This document shows, piece by piece, positions 9,921-18,226 of a DNA stretch of 64,000 nucleotides (position 1 is its first letter; each line of letters opens with the position of its first letter). Source of the stretch: Candidatus Iainarchaeum sp. (lineage in GTDB: Archaea > B1Sed10-29 > WALL01); assembly GCA_021162685.1 (NCBI GenBank), contig JAGGYF010000021.1, forward strand, positions 11,976 to 75,975, in the 5' to 3' direction. The notes below the pieces were generated by a model that saw nothing but the letters and a program-made list of their open reading frames with translations, had not been told where the DNA came from and searched no databases. The translations under genes were made by a program, and so were the position numbers.

Positions 9921-10155
9921 ACATTTCCAGAATTTTACGGTGTTAATAGTGTTGTTTCTGGTGTGCATGCGCTGCTGTTGTCCCGATGTCCGTGTTCAGT
10001 TTTTCACATGAGCATACACCAGTATATTAAAACTGATTTGAAGAACGAATGCATTCGCCCTGTTTCGCGTTTCATTGGGTGTTCCAGTTTTTGTTTTAGG
10101 TTAAAATTGTAGTAGCCAAAAAACCACAACGTATAAAAACAGACTAGACATAATC

Positions 10156-11340
10156 ATGGGTATGAGACAGTGGTTATGCTTGATTTTGTTGCTCTCTTTG
10201 GTATATGCAGGGAGTGCGTTGAGTGTAGATGACTTTGAGATCCTTATAGAAAATGGTCCACATAAGGTAATCTCTGGACAAAGCATTCAAGTAATAACAC
10301 ATGTACACTTAAATAAGGATGTAGATGCCTACAATATAACCATTGGGTTTATATCAGATGTCTTAACCGCAGAACCAAAAACAAGAACAATTGATAAATT
10401 AGATAAAGATACTAGTAAGATAACATGGGTACTTTATGGCCCAGATGGCACCTACGACCTATCAAATGCCTTCAAAATTATTTCGTGGGATAATTCTGTG
10501 AAACTTGAGCTGAACATGAGCAATGAAACTAAGGATCCAAAGCCTATACTTTCATTGATAACAGATCCTGCAGACCTGTGTGAGAAGCACAAGTTCAAAG
10601 GGTTTTGGGGTGAGGATGAGAACTGCTTTGTGAAGGTATATGTGAATGATACGTTTCAGGGGTTTGCTGATGAGAATGGAGTTTATGAGGAAACGTTGAA
10701 GAATTTGGAGTTAATCCCAGGGGAAAATGTCTTGGTTATAAGGGTTGAGGACCCTGGAAAGAACACAGCTGAGGGAAAAGTTGTAGTAGTGTACAAGCCT
10801 CCTCTGATTTCTATGCTAAAGGAATACCTTGTGTATATTGTGCTTGGATTTATTGTGCTTCTGTTTGTTGTTGGAGCTATTGTGTTTGTTGAGATGAAGA
10901 AAAAGGAGAAGGAGCATATAGCATCGCTTTATGAAAAGCAGAAAAAGATTGCAGAGGAATTGGAGAGGTATTGGCAACTTGAGGCAAGGGGCGCATTAAC
11001 GACTGTGGACAGGAATATGATGGAGAATGCAAAGAGGGAAATGGAACATATTGCAGAGGAGCTGAGAAAGAAGGATGAAAAGGAGTGGATAAGAAAAGGT
11101 TACGAGCTTATTGTTTCATTGATACTGCACAAAAATGCGTTCTGGAAACAGAAGGCAATGGCAAATGGTTACTCAAAGGAAGATCTGAAGAAGATTTTGG
11201 CTCTCATGAAGAAGAATAGTGATGAGATTGTTGCAAGGATAGAGGAGCATGTTAAGTTGAAGGGACTGAGGGAGGATTTTGAGAAGAAGGAAATTGAGGA
11301 AAGGATAGGATTGTTGGACGATGCTATTCATACCTCCTAG
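10156..11340 (+). CDS. secreted, membrane-anchored protein with a cytoplasmic coiled-coil tail
   Basis: N-terminal signal peptide, ~200 aa ectodomain, single TM (LVYIVLGFIVLLFVVGAIVFV), then a K/E-rich helical tail. Confidence 0.5.
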   Translation: MGMRQWLCLILLLSLVYAGSALSVDDFEILIENGPHKVISGQSIQVITHVHLNKDVDAYNITIGFISDVLTAEPKTRTIDKLDKDTSKITWVLYGPDGTYDLSNAFKIISWDNSVKLELNMSNETKDPKPILSLITDPADLCEKHKFKGFWGEDENCFVKVYVNDTFQGFADENGVYEETLKNLELIPGENVLVIRVEDPGKNTAEGKVVVVYKPPLISMLKEYLVYIVLGFIVLLFVVGAIVFVEMKKKEKEHIASLYEKQKKIAEELERYWQLEARGALTTVDRNMMENAKREMEHIAEELRKKDEKEWIRKGYELIVSLILHKNAFWKQKAMANGYSKEDLKKILALMKKNSDEIVARIEEHVKLKGLREDFEKKEIEERIGLLDDAIHTS

Positions 11341-11506
11341 TTGCCTTTACAAAGATTATGAGTATCAAAACGATGCCTGTGACAATTGGCCATATAAGGT
11401 CAACTGTTACATGCCCAGAAATACGCTGAGCAATATATATTAGGATTGGAAGTGCGCACAAAACAGCAATGATGGAAAGAAAGATATCTGCTTTTTGAGG
11501 GTCCAT
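11324..11506 (-). CDS. small two-TM membrane protein
   Basis: 60 aa, two hydrophobic helices; weak support. Confidence 0.25.
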   Translation of the reverse strand: MDPQKADIFLSIIAVLCALPILIYIAQRISGHVTVDLIWPIVTGIVLILIIFVKATRRYE

Positions 11507-11668
11507 GTCCTCAACTCGCTACCTGTTCGTATTCCTCTGGCTTTATGGATTCTTCTGCTAATTCTATCCAGTCTGAAAATTCATCAGATTCGTCAAGGAT
11601 TACATCGTCCTCTTTCTTTCGTTTTGTCTTTTTTGCCATAGGCATCACAAATAGAGTATGGAGAGCAC

Positions 11669-12745
11669 CTAAAGGATGCTCTCAATGTCAAGGTCTGCGT
11701 TTGGATGGGATTCTGCTGGGAATTCTATACTTGCTCCCTTTATGTGTGGGCTCTGTACACCTGTGAAGATACCAATTACCTCTATTTTTCCTTCGTACTC
11801 TGGAACTATCCTTGACCCCCAGATCACCTGGGCACTTGGGTCAATTGCTTCTGTGAGTCTCTCTCCGATTTCGTTTGCTTCTCCAAGTGTTAGGTCTGGA
11901 CCTCCGGTTATGTGGATTAATGCACCTCTTGCTCCTCTGTAGTCAACATCCAAAAGGGAGTTCTTAAGTGTGTCCTGCACTACCTCATCTACCCTTCTGT
12001 GGCCCTTTGATTCACCAACAGAGATTACAGAAACGCCTCCTGTGCTCATGATTGCTCTTACGTCTGCGTAGTCTAGATTGATCAAAGATGGCACGGTTAT
12101 TGTTTCTGTAATGCCTTTTACTGCTCTTGCGATGACTTCATCTGCAACACTAAATGCTTGTTCAATTGGGAGGTTTGGTACTAGTTCAACCAGTCTGTTG
12201 TTGTCTATGATAATGACTGTGTCTGTGACCTTTCTCAATTTTTCAATACCCTCCTCTGCCTTCTGGATTCTTGCTCTCTCCAAGAGGAATGGGAAGGTTA
12301 CCATTGCAACAACAATTGCGCCCTGTTCCTTTGCGATGTCTGCTACAATGGGCGCAGAACCAGTTCCTGTTCCTCCACCCATACCTGCTGTTAGGAATAC
12401 AAGATCAGCATCCTCTAATACCTGAGCAATAGCTGCCCTGGATACCTCTGCTGCCTTTGCTCCAACCTCTGGATATCCTCCTGCTCCTAGACCCCTTGTG
12501 ACACTCTGGCCAATGAGCAATTTTTTTACAGAGTCGTGAACAAGAGCTAAATGCTGCTTATCTGTGTTTAGTGCAATAAGCTCTGCTCCGCTTATTCCAA
12601 TTCTGGCTAAACGGTTAACAGAGTTGTTTCCTGCTCCTCCACATCCTACAACAACGATTTTTGGTCCCTCAAAGTCAGTTGTTTGAGGTTTGACGTCCTG
12701 TTCATAAGAAATGGCATTTTTAACTAGGTTCTCCAAGATAATCAC
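11669..12745 (-). CDS. ftsZ: cell division GTPase FtsZ
   Basis: GCGGAGNN and the GGGTGTG tubulin signature ([14 protein letters not shown]); length 358 aa. Confidence 0.9.
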   Translation of the reverse strand: MIILENLVKNAISYEQDVKPQTTDFEGPKIVVVGCGGAGNNSVNRLARIGISGAELIALNTDKQHLALVHDSVKKLLIGQSVTRGLGAGGYPEVGAKAAEVSRAAIAQVLEDADLVFLTAGMGGGTGTGSAPIVADIAKEQGAIVVAMVTFPFLLERARIQKAEEGIEKLRKVTDTVIIIDNNRLVELVPNLPIEQAFSVADEVIARAVKGITETITVPSLINLDYADVRAIMSTGGVSVISVGESKGHRRVDEVVQDTLKNSLLDVDYRGARGALIHITGGPDLTLGEANEIGERLTEAIDPSAQVIWGSRIVPEYEGKIEVIGIFTGVQSPHIKGASIEFPAESHPNADLDIESIL

Positions 12746-12942
12746 CTTCCTTATTTATGGGTGAATAAATATAAATAGATTAAGAAATTTTGGATTGGTT
12801 TGAATTCAGAACTAAAATCATTGTTTTATATCTAACTCTTAACTCGTTTATCTGTTTTTCTGATGAAAAAATCAAATCAAGAAAAGGAAAATGAACCTGT
12901 GGGACATAAAACGATTTAAATCTAGATGTGCAAAAATAAAGT

Positions 12943-13395
12943 ATGGTTGAAGGCACACCAAGATGGGCAGCAAGATTGGGTATTGATATACATCTGAGTG
13001 CCATAGAAAGACCAAAAGAGTACAAATTGGAGAGTAGGAGAAGCATAGCAAAAACTATCTACGATATTTCTGTACAAAATGGTCTGCCAGAGAGGGTTCT
13101 CAGGGTGTTGGAAGTTGCAAAAAAGGAAGAGGACAAAGAGGTCAGGAAGCATTTGTTGAATGCAGTTTCAAGACATCCATTGGTTATACCGTATACTACT
13201 GAGGAAATAAAGGCTATTGTTGATGCAATTATTAGTCAAGAGGGTATAAGAGAGAAGAATATACTAAGAAATGGGCTGGCTTCACATGTAGATAGGTATG
13301 GACTAAAAGAAGAGGAGAGGAGGTTTATAGAGGAACGAAAGAAAGAAGCACCTATTGATTTGGGTTTTGTTTTAAAAAGAATAAAAATAAAATAA
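12943..13395 (+). CDS. hypothetical helical protein
   Basis: ORF only; divergent from ftsZ. Confidence 0.4.
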   Translation: MVEGTPRWAARLGIDIHLSAIERPKEYKLESRRSIAKTIYDISVQNGLPERVLRVLEVAKKEEDKEVRKHLLNAVSRHPLVIPYTTEEIKAIVDAIISQEGIREKNILRNGLASHVDRYGLKEEERRFIEERKKEAPIDLGFVLKRIKIK

Positions 13396-13399
13396 TACT

Positions 13400-13670
13400 G
13401 GCGGGCTAGCTGGGGGGCTGGCGGTCCCCTGTAACCCCAAATCCCGCTTATGGGGGAGTGAATGCCTTGCGGCGGTTTTACGCAAGCACACAGCTCCACT
13501 GCCCAACGTTGAGGTTCTGTCCTGATTGGCTCTGGGCATGTGTGAACCTGGTCAGGCCCGGGAGGGAGCAGCCATAGCATGTGTTCAGGGCGCTTTCAGG
13601 GGTGCAGAACTGAGGAGGGTATGTGGGTTCAGCTGTGTGTTTGTGTGATTCCCACGCAGGGCGCCCGCCA
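13400..13670 (+). ncRNA. ffs: signal recognition particle RNA (7S/SRP RNA)
   Basis: GC-rich island in an AT-rich genome. CCUGGUCAGGCCCGGGAGGGAGCAGCC matches the universally conserved helix-8 motif (E. coli 4.5S CCAGGUCAGGUCCGGAAGGAAGCAGCC). The 5' GGCGGGC pairs with the 3' GCCCGCC terminal helix. Confidence 0.8.
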
Positions 13671-13672
13671 CT

Positions 13673-14695
13673 TTATACTTCTCCGCGTAGCATCTCTTCG
13701 CTTATTGCGAATGTGTCTTCATCCATGAAAAATGAATTGTCAAATGAAATCTTTTTTTTGTACAATGGTTTGGGTTTTCCCACTAGCTCAATGCGTACAA
13801 GGTGTGCCTTATACCACACACTACCTGTCTTTGGTGTGCCTGTATAGAACAGTGCTTTTTTTAGTATTTTGTATGTATCATATTCATCTGCATGTTCTTC
13901 AAGTTCTGGATAGTGTATGAAATTTCTTATGATATCTGTTATGACAAAGTTCATTTTATGGAGCGATTTCTCGTATTCCATCCATTTCTTTTTTGATGAA
14001 TCAATGTTTGTTAGTGTGGTGTATCCACTTCCATTTTCCCTAAGTGCTGATGCTGCTCTTGAAATGAATGCTAGGTTTCCTTTTAATGCCTCTGGTGGCT
14101 CTGCTACAAATGTATCATAGCCTTTTATGTGTGATGGCATTGGATTTGCAAGATTAATCCGTTCTGCTGAAAGAGGGAGACCATATTTGGCTGCTATTTT
14201 GTTCGTTTTGTTTATGATGCGTTCATCTATGTCTATCACCTTTACCTCTTTTGGCATACCTGTTAAAGCAACTGCTGTTCCGAAAAAGTCATCGTCACCA
14301 AGAACTAGGATTCTGCAATCCTCAACATCCGCACGCTTGTACATAAATGCTATCTTCGCTGCTATGGAATCTGGAGTTATAGCTTCTTGGTAGTATTCTC
14401 CTTTTTCTGGTAGGCGCTCTCCAACAATCCTTTTCCATTGTTTCATTACTTTGTTTATTTCTTTACTTGGAACAACTCCACGAGATTTACATTTTCTGCA
14501 TAATACATTCATTCGGGGTTTTCTTTGCTTTACGAGTCGTATTTTTTTGTTTGTTTTTATGATGCCTTTTTTCTTCATGCTGTTTAGTGTTTTGATTAAT
14601 TCTTTTACTGTAAAGTCCTGCTGCTCCACGATCTCCCAAAAAGTCATGGGACCAGATGAAAGAAGTTGTATTATTTGTCTTTCAATGCGTTTCAT
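13673..14695 (-). CDS. Rossmann-fold protein with N-terminal wHTH and zinc ribbon; putative DUF43/BpsA-like (branched-chain polyamine synthase) family
   Basis: wHTH at the N-terminus, CRKCKSRG, then ILVLGDDDFFG...VIDIDERI Rossmann-like motifs; family assignment from memory of DUF43 features. Confidence 0.45.
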   Translation of the reverse strand: MKRIERQIIQLLSSGPMTFWEIVEQQDFTVKELIKTLNSMKKKGIIKTNKKIRLVKQRKPRMNVLCRKCKSRGVVPSKEINKVMKQWKRIVGERLPEKGEYYQEAITPDSIAAKIAFMYKRADVEDCRILVLGDDDFFGTAVALTGMPKEVKVIDIDERIINKTNKIAAKYGLPLSAERINLANPMPSHIKGYDTFVAEPPEALKGNLAFISRAASALRENGSGYTTLTNIDSSKKKWMEYEKSLHKMNFVITDIIRNFIHYPELEEHADEYDTYKILKKALFYTGTPKTGSVWYKAHLVRIELVGKPKPLYKKKISFDNSFFMDEDTFAISEEMLRGEV

Positions 14696-14706
14696 GGGCT
14701 CACCAG

Positions 14707-15735
14707 TTATCTTATTTGGTTCCTTGCTTTTTCAACTACCTCTGTTTGAGGCATGCGTGAGAGTTCATTTATTATGAACGCTTTATGATGTGTTCTTTTA
14801 TATATAAGCCTGAGTGCTTTTATTGCTTCTTCTTGTGCACGCTTTACATTATCTTCACTAGGGTCCTTCAAAAGGATGTAGAGGAGGGCGCGTATCTCAT
14901 CTTTTGTTTTTGCTTTTGCAAATGCCTTTATCTCATCTGGATTATTTACAAGACGCGCTGCTTCTGTTATTGGATTTATCTCCTTCTTTGGTAGTGGCTT
15001 TAGAGGAACGTTCACTTCATCTAGCATAGAGCGAACCAGCTTCTCTACATACTTCTGGTCAATGTAATCAATTGAGATTAGCGGTCGCTTTACCTTTGTC
15101 AGCTCAGTTATGTCCCTTCCTAAATCTATATCCAGATGGTTTAGAAGATTTATGAGGTCTGATTTCATCTCACTTCTAAAATCCAAAAGGGTTAGGTGCC
15201 TATTGTGTGCATCTATCAGATAGTCCCCAAATCGGTAGAGGTCATCAATTGCTTGTCTTATATCCTCGTTGTGGTGTTCATCAGTACGTTCATAGAGATG
15301 TTCCAATGCTGTCCTTACCGCAACAACCCTATTGAGTGCATCAAAATGGTAATCAGATGCCTCTATAATATTCTCCTCAGCCTTTGAATAGAGATTAAAT
15401 ATGTTTAATATAGCACTTTTCGCTTTCTCTTCTGCCTCTTCCTCACTCATGTGGGGGAGGTCTTCTAAAATCTTTATGTTTTTCTCTATTGCTTCTTTTA
15501 TCTCTCTTCTCTCGTGGATAAGCTGCATAACCTTTGAGATAGATTCGTGGGTGAGGTGTTTTGTTATTGCATCCGGTACATTTGCCCTCCTAAGTTGTTC
15601 TAATGGAACATCTATATGGTTTGGTCTTGGAACAAACCTGTCCATGTACTTAAACGCCTTTGCTCGTCTATCTTTAAGGGCCTTAAGCGCATTTCTGTAT
15701 TGCTTTATATCTCTAATAACAGGCATGATAATCAT
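14707..15735 (-). CDS. hypothetical all-helical protein
   Basis: ORF only; 12-nt gap to the downstream BpsA-like gene (operon-like). Confidence 0.45.
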   Translation of the reverse strand: MIIMPVIRDIKQYRNALKALKDRRAKAFKYMDRFVPRPNHIDVPLEQLRRANVPDAITKHLTHESISKVMQLIHERREIKEAIEKNIKILEDLPHMSEEEAEEKAKSAILNIFNLYSKAEENIIEASDYHFDALNRVVAVRTALEHLYERTDEHHNEDIRQAIDDLYRFGDYLIDAHNRHLTLLDFRSEMKSDLINLLNHLDIDLGRDITELTKVKRPLISIDYIDQKYVEKLVRSMLDEVNVPLKPLPKKEINPITEAARLVNNPDEIKAFAKAKTKDEIRALLYILLKDPSEDNVKRAQEEAIKALRLIYKRTHHKAFIINELSRMPQTEVVEKARNQIR

Positions 15736-15778
15736 TTGTGCAAAAAAGTATATAAAGTTTTAACGCACTAATAGACTT

Positions 15779-16387
15779 ATGAACATTTTAGTGGTGGGTA
15801 GCCCCTGCGCGGGGAAAACTACCTTATGCAGGGGTCTGGAACGATACGGGTTTGAACATGTGTCCATAGACCAGTTCAGAGACAAGGCATGGGATGAGTT
15901 TACTGCTGAGGATGAGAAAAGGATATATAACAAATTTTTCTCATACATATCTGGTAGAGACTGGCTGGCAATTGACACACCGGGCATATCTCCATTCTTT
16001 CAGGAAAAGAGGTGGATACTGAGAAATGCCAAAGTTATCAAACTTGAGGCCAGTTTGGAAACATGTCTAAAACGACTAGAGAGGAGAAGGCAGAAGAGAG
16101 ATATAACGCCTGAATTGTTGAGATGGCTTTATTCCTGCTCAACTGTCTTGAAGGCTGATTTCGTAGTAAACACAGATGAACACACACCATCACAAACATT
16201 AAGGAAGGTTATTGAGTTTATAAACAGCAGTGAGGATGAAGGGGAAGATATAACACTTGATGAGGTTGTGCGCCTCAGAGAAAAACCCTTTATCTCGCCG
16301 AAATTTAAGATGCGGGATATTGGTGCGATTGCAAAGCTTAAAAAAGATGCGTTCCTAAGGAGGGTGTTCAGTAGGAACAGGTTATAG
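15779..16387 (+). CDS. P-loop NTPase/kinase (adenylate-kinase-like fold)
   Basis: Walker A VVGSPCAGKTT at the N-terminus; ~200 aa. Confidence 0.55.
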   Translation: MNILVVGSPCAGKTTLCRGLERYGFEHVSIDQFRDKAWDEFTAEDEKRIYNKFFSYISGRDWLAIDTPGISPFFQEKRWILRNAKVIKLEASLETCLKRLERRRQKRDITPELLRWLYSCSTVLKADFVVNTDEHTPSQTLRKVIEFINSSEDEGEDITLDEVVRLREKPFISPKFKMRDIGAIAKLKKDAFLRRVFSRNRL

Positions 16388-16395
16388 GTGAGTAT

Positions 16396-17277
16396 ATGAA
16401 AAAAATCTTGCTGGTATGTTTGCTTTTGTTTTCTATGGCATTTGCCCAACCAGAGGTTGTAAAAGTTGGTACGTACATATTGAATGTGGGGAAGTATAAC
16501 ATAGAGGAGGGCTCGTATACAGCTGATTTTTATTTGTGGTTTAAGTGGAACGGGAGTATAAAACCAGACACATTTGAATTTATGAATGGAAAACCAGAAC
16601 ATGTGGAGTTGGATATAGAAGAACCAGGATATTTGTTTTATAGGGTCTATGGAGAGTTCTATGAAACTGCTAACCTGAAGAACTATCCTGTTGATACGCA
16701 AACACTTACAATTAAAGTTGAGGATAGTGTGCATACTACTGATGAAGTAGTGTATGTGCCAGATGACGCGGAAATCGGCATTGATAATGAACTGAATGTT
16801 TTAGGATGGGACCTAAAAAACAGTACATACTATGTTACTGGATCCTATTATCCAAACTGGGATGAGAATTATTCAAGGTATGTGCATAGCATAACAATTG
16901 CAAGGCCAGAATCAACACTCTGGAAAACATTGCTTCCATTCTTCTTTATAATATTGAGCGCATGGGCATGTTTCTTCCTGCCACTGCATAAACTTGGCGA
17001 GAAACTTGCATTAGGAGGTACTGCTCTTCTTTCCTCTGTTGTTTTCCATTTATATTTAACAGAGCAGATACCACCTGTAGGGTATGTTGTGCTTGCGGAT
17101 GAGATTGCAATCTCTATGTATGCAATGCTCGTGTTCACGATTATGGCATTTATTGCGGTTGAATCTTTGGTAATAAAAAAGGAGATGGAGAAGGCGAGAA
17201 AATTAAACAATTGGTTTAAGGTAATATCTATCCTGGTGCCTGTCTTTGTATTCGCCTTGATAAGTTTGGTGAGCTAA
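16396..17277 (+). CDS. pentameric ligand-gated ion channel (pLGIC, GLIC/ELIC-like) homolog
   Basis: Signal peptide, beta-rich ectodomain with YPVDTQTLTIKVE (cf. GLIC YPFDSQTLHIYL) and ADFYLWFKW, then four TM helices M1-M4. Confidence 0.6.
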   Translation: MKKILLVCLLLFSMAFAQPEVVKVGTYILNVGKYNIEEGSYTADFYLWFKWNGSIKPDTFEFMNGKPEHVELDIEEPGYLFYRVYGEFYETANLKNYPVDTQTLTIKVEDSVHTTDEVVYVPDDAEIGIDNELNVLGWDLKNSTYYVTGSYYPNWDENYSRYVHSITIARPESTLWKTLLPFFFIILSAWACFFLPLHKLGEKLALGGTALLSSVVFHLYLTEQIPPVGYVVLADEIAISMYAMLVFTIMAFIAVESLVIKKEMEKARKLNNWFKVISILVPVFVFALISLVS

Positions 17278-18185
17278 TGCAAGACAAAAGATTGATACAA
17301 CATGGGATGATGGAGATAACGGGAGAGCAATTACCGTTCTGGAAAAAGAGGAAAGAGGCAAAGAGGTTTGGCCACACCTTGCTTAAAGATTTTTGGGAGT
17401 GGAATAAAGAGGGAAAAGAAGATGAGCCGTTTGAGACGCGGTTCAATAGGTTTTTGAGGGAAAGGTTTGGAGAGGATGCAAAGTTCTTTGGTTTTATGCC
17501 CTGGGTATATGCACACTTAAAGGATAGGACGCTTGATGAATATATGGAGATAGAAAAGCGTATATTGGATATACTCAGAGAAAAAGGAATAAATGCAAGA
17601 TCAAGTGGTAGGTTGATGCTGTTCAAGTATTTAGGCATACGGGGAGATGATGAGATAAAGGCACATACAGACCTTGATTTTGTTGTAAGGGAGAAAGACC
17701 TTGAAAAGTTGAGAAAGATGGACCTTAGTGAGCATGGGTTATATTATGCACCAAATTCGCTGAGTGGCATGGTTGTATATGGTAACTCCAGGGGGATGGT
17801 CAGAGAAAAACCTGTTGTTGAGAAACAGGTAAGTTTTATACTCACAGAAGAGGATGGGATTCAAAAGATTGATTTTGTAACTCCAGGAGTAAATGAACTA
17901 AGAATCCCAAGGGGAAGACATATTGTTGAAATAAAAAAGCCTGAGTATATCACACCATTTACAACCGCTGCGTATAAATTGTTCAGGTTGTCTGGGAATG
18001 ACATTGCAGATTTTAAGATTATCGCAAAACATAACAAACTTGGAAGGTTGTTCAGATCAGGTGAGTTGTTATATGAGTTAAAAAAGAAACCGAGGTTAGC
18101 GAAGGAGAGACTGGAAAAATTGAAGAGATATCTGGGAGAGGAGCACCATAAGCATATTGATTCACTTATGGAAAAGCTTGGATAA
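17277..18185 (+). CDS. hypothetical protein with possible minimal nucleotidyltransferase motif
   Basis: LGIRGDDEIKAHTDLDFVV resembles the G[SG]...D.D motif of Pol-beta-type nucleotidyltransferases; weak. Confidence 0.4.
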   Translation: MQDKRLIQHGMMEITGEQLPFWKKRKEAKRFGHTLLKDFWEWNKEGKEDEPFETRFNRFLRERFGEDAKFFGFMPWVYAHLKDRTLDEYMEIEKRILDILREKGINARSSGRLMLFKYLGIRGDDEIKAHTDLDFVVREKDLEKLRKMDLSEHGLYYAPNSLSGMVVYGNSRGMVREKPVVEKQVSFILTEEDGIQKIDFVTPGVNELRIPRGRHIVEIKKPEYITPFTTAAYKLFRLSGNDIADFKIIAKHNKLGRLFRSGELLYELKKKPRLAKERLEKLKRYLGEEHHKHIDSLMEKLG

Positions 18186-18226
18186 TATATATATACTATG
18201 ATGAATAAAGTTAGGTTGGTGTTCAA

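Noticed and set aside
9243-10011. ORFs 9243-9440, 9649-10011 and 9717-9917 in the non-coding region
   Set aside because: Low-complexity or repeat-derived translations, overlapping each other in different frames, with no start or RBS context and no homology clues.
9110-10150. CRISPR array
   Set aside because: The repeats are few, of two unrelated kinds and irregularly spaced; there is no repeat-spacer periodicity and no cas gene in the window.
13236-13847. ORFs 13236-13580 (minus) and 13623-13847 (plus)
   Set aside because: They lie across the SRP RNA gene; GC-rich structured RNA generates long ORFs by chance; there is no coding signal.
14707-15735. HEPN-like Rx4H motif as evidence for a HEPN/MNT toxin-antitoxin with the neighbouring gene
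   Set aside because: A single short motif in a 342-aa helical protein is not enough; the partner looks like a Rossmann enzyme, not a minimal nucleotidyltransferase. Kept only as a remark.
16129-16734. 201-aa minus-strand ORF
   Set aside because: Antisense to the P-loop kinase and pLGIC genes, which both have clear family signatures.
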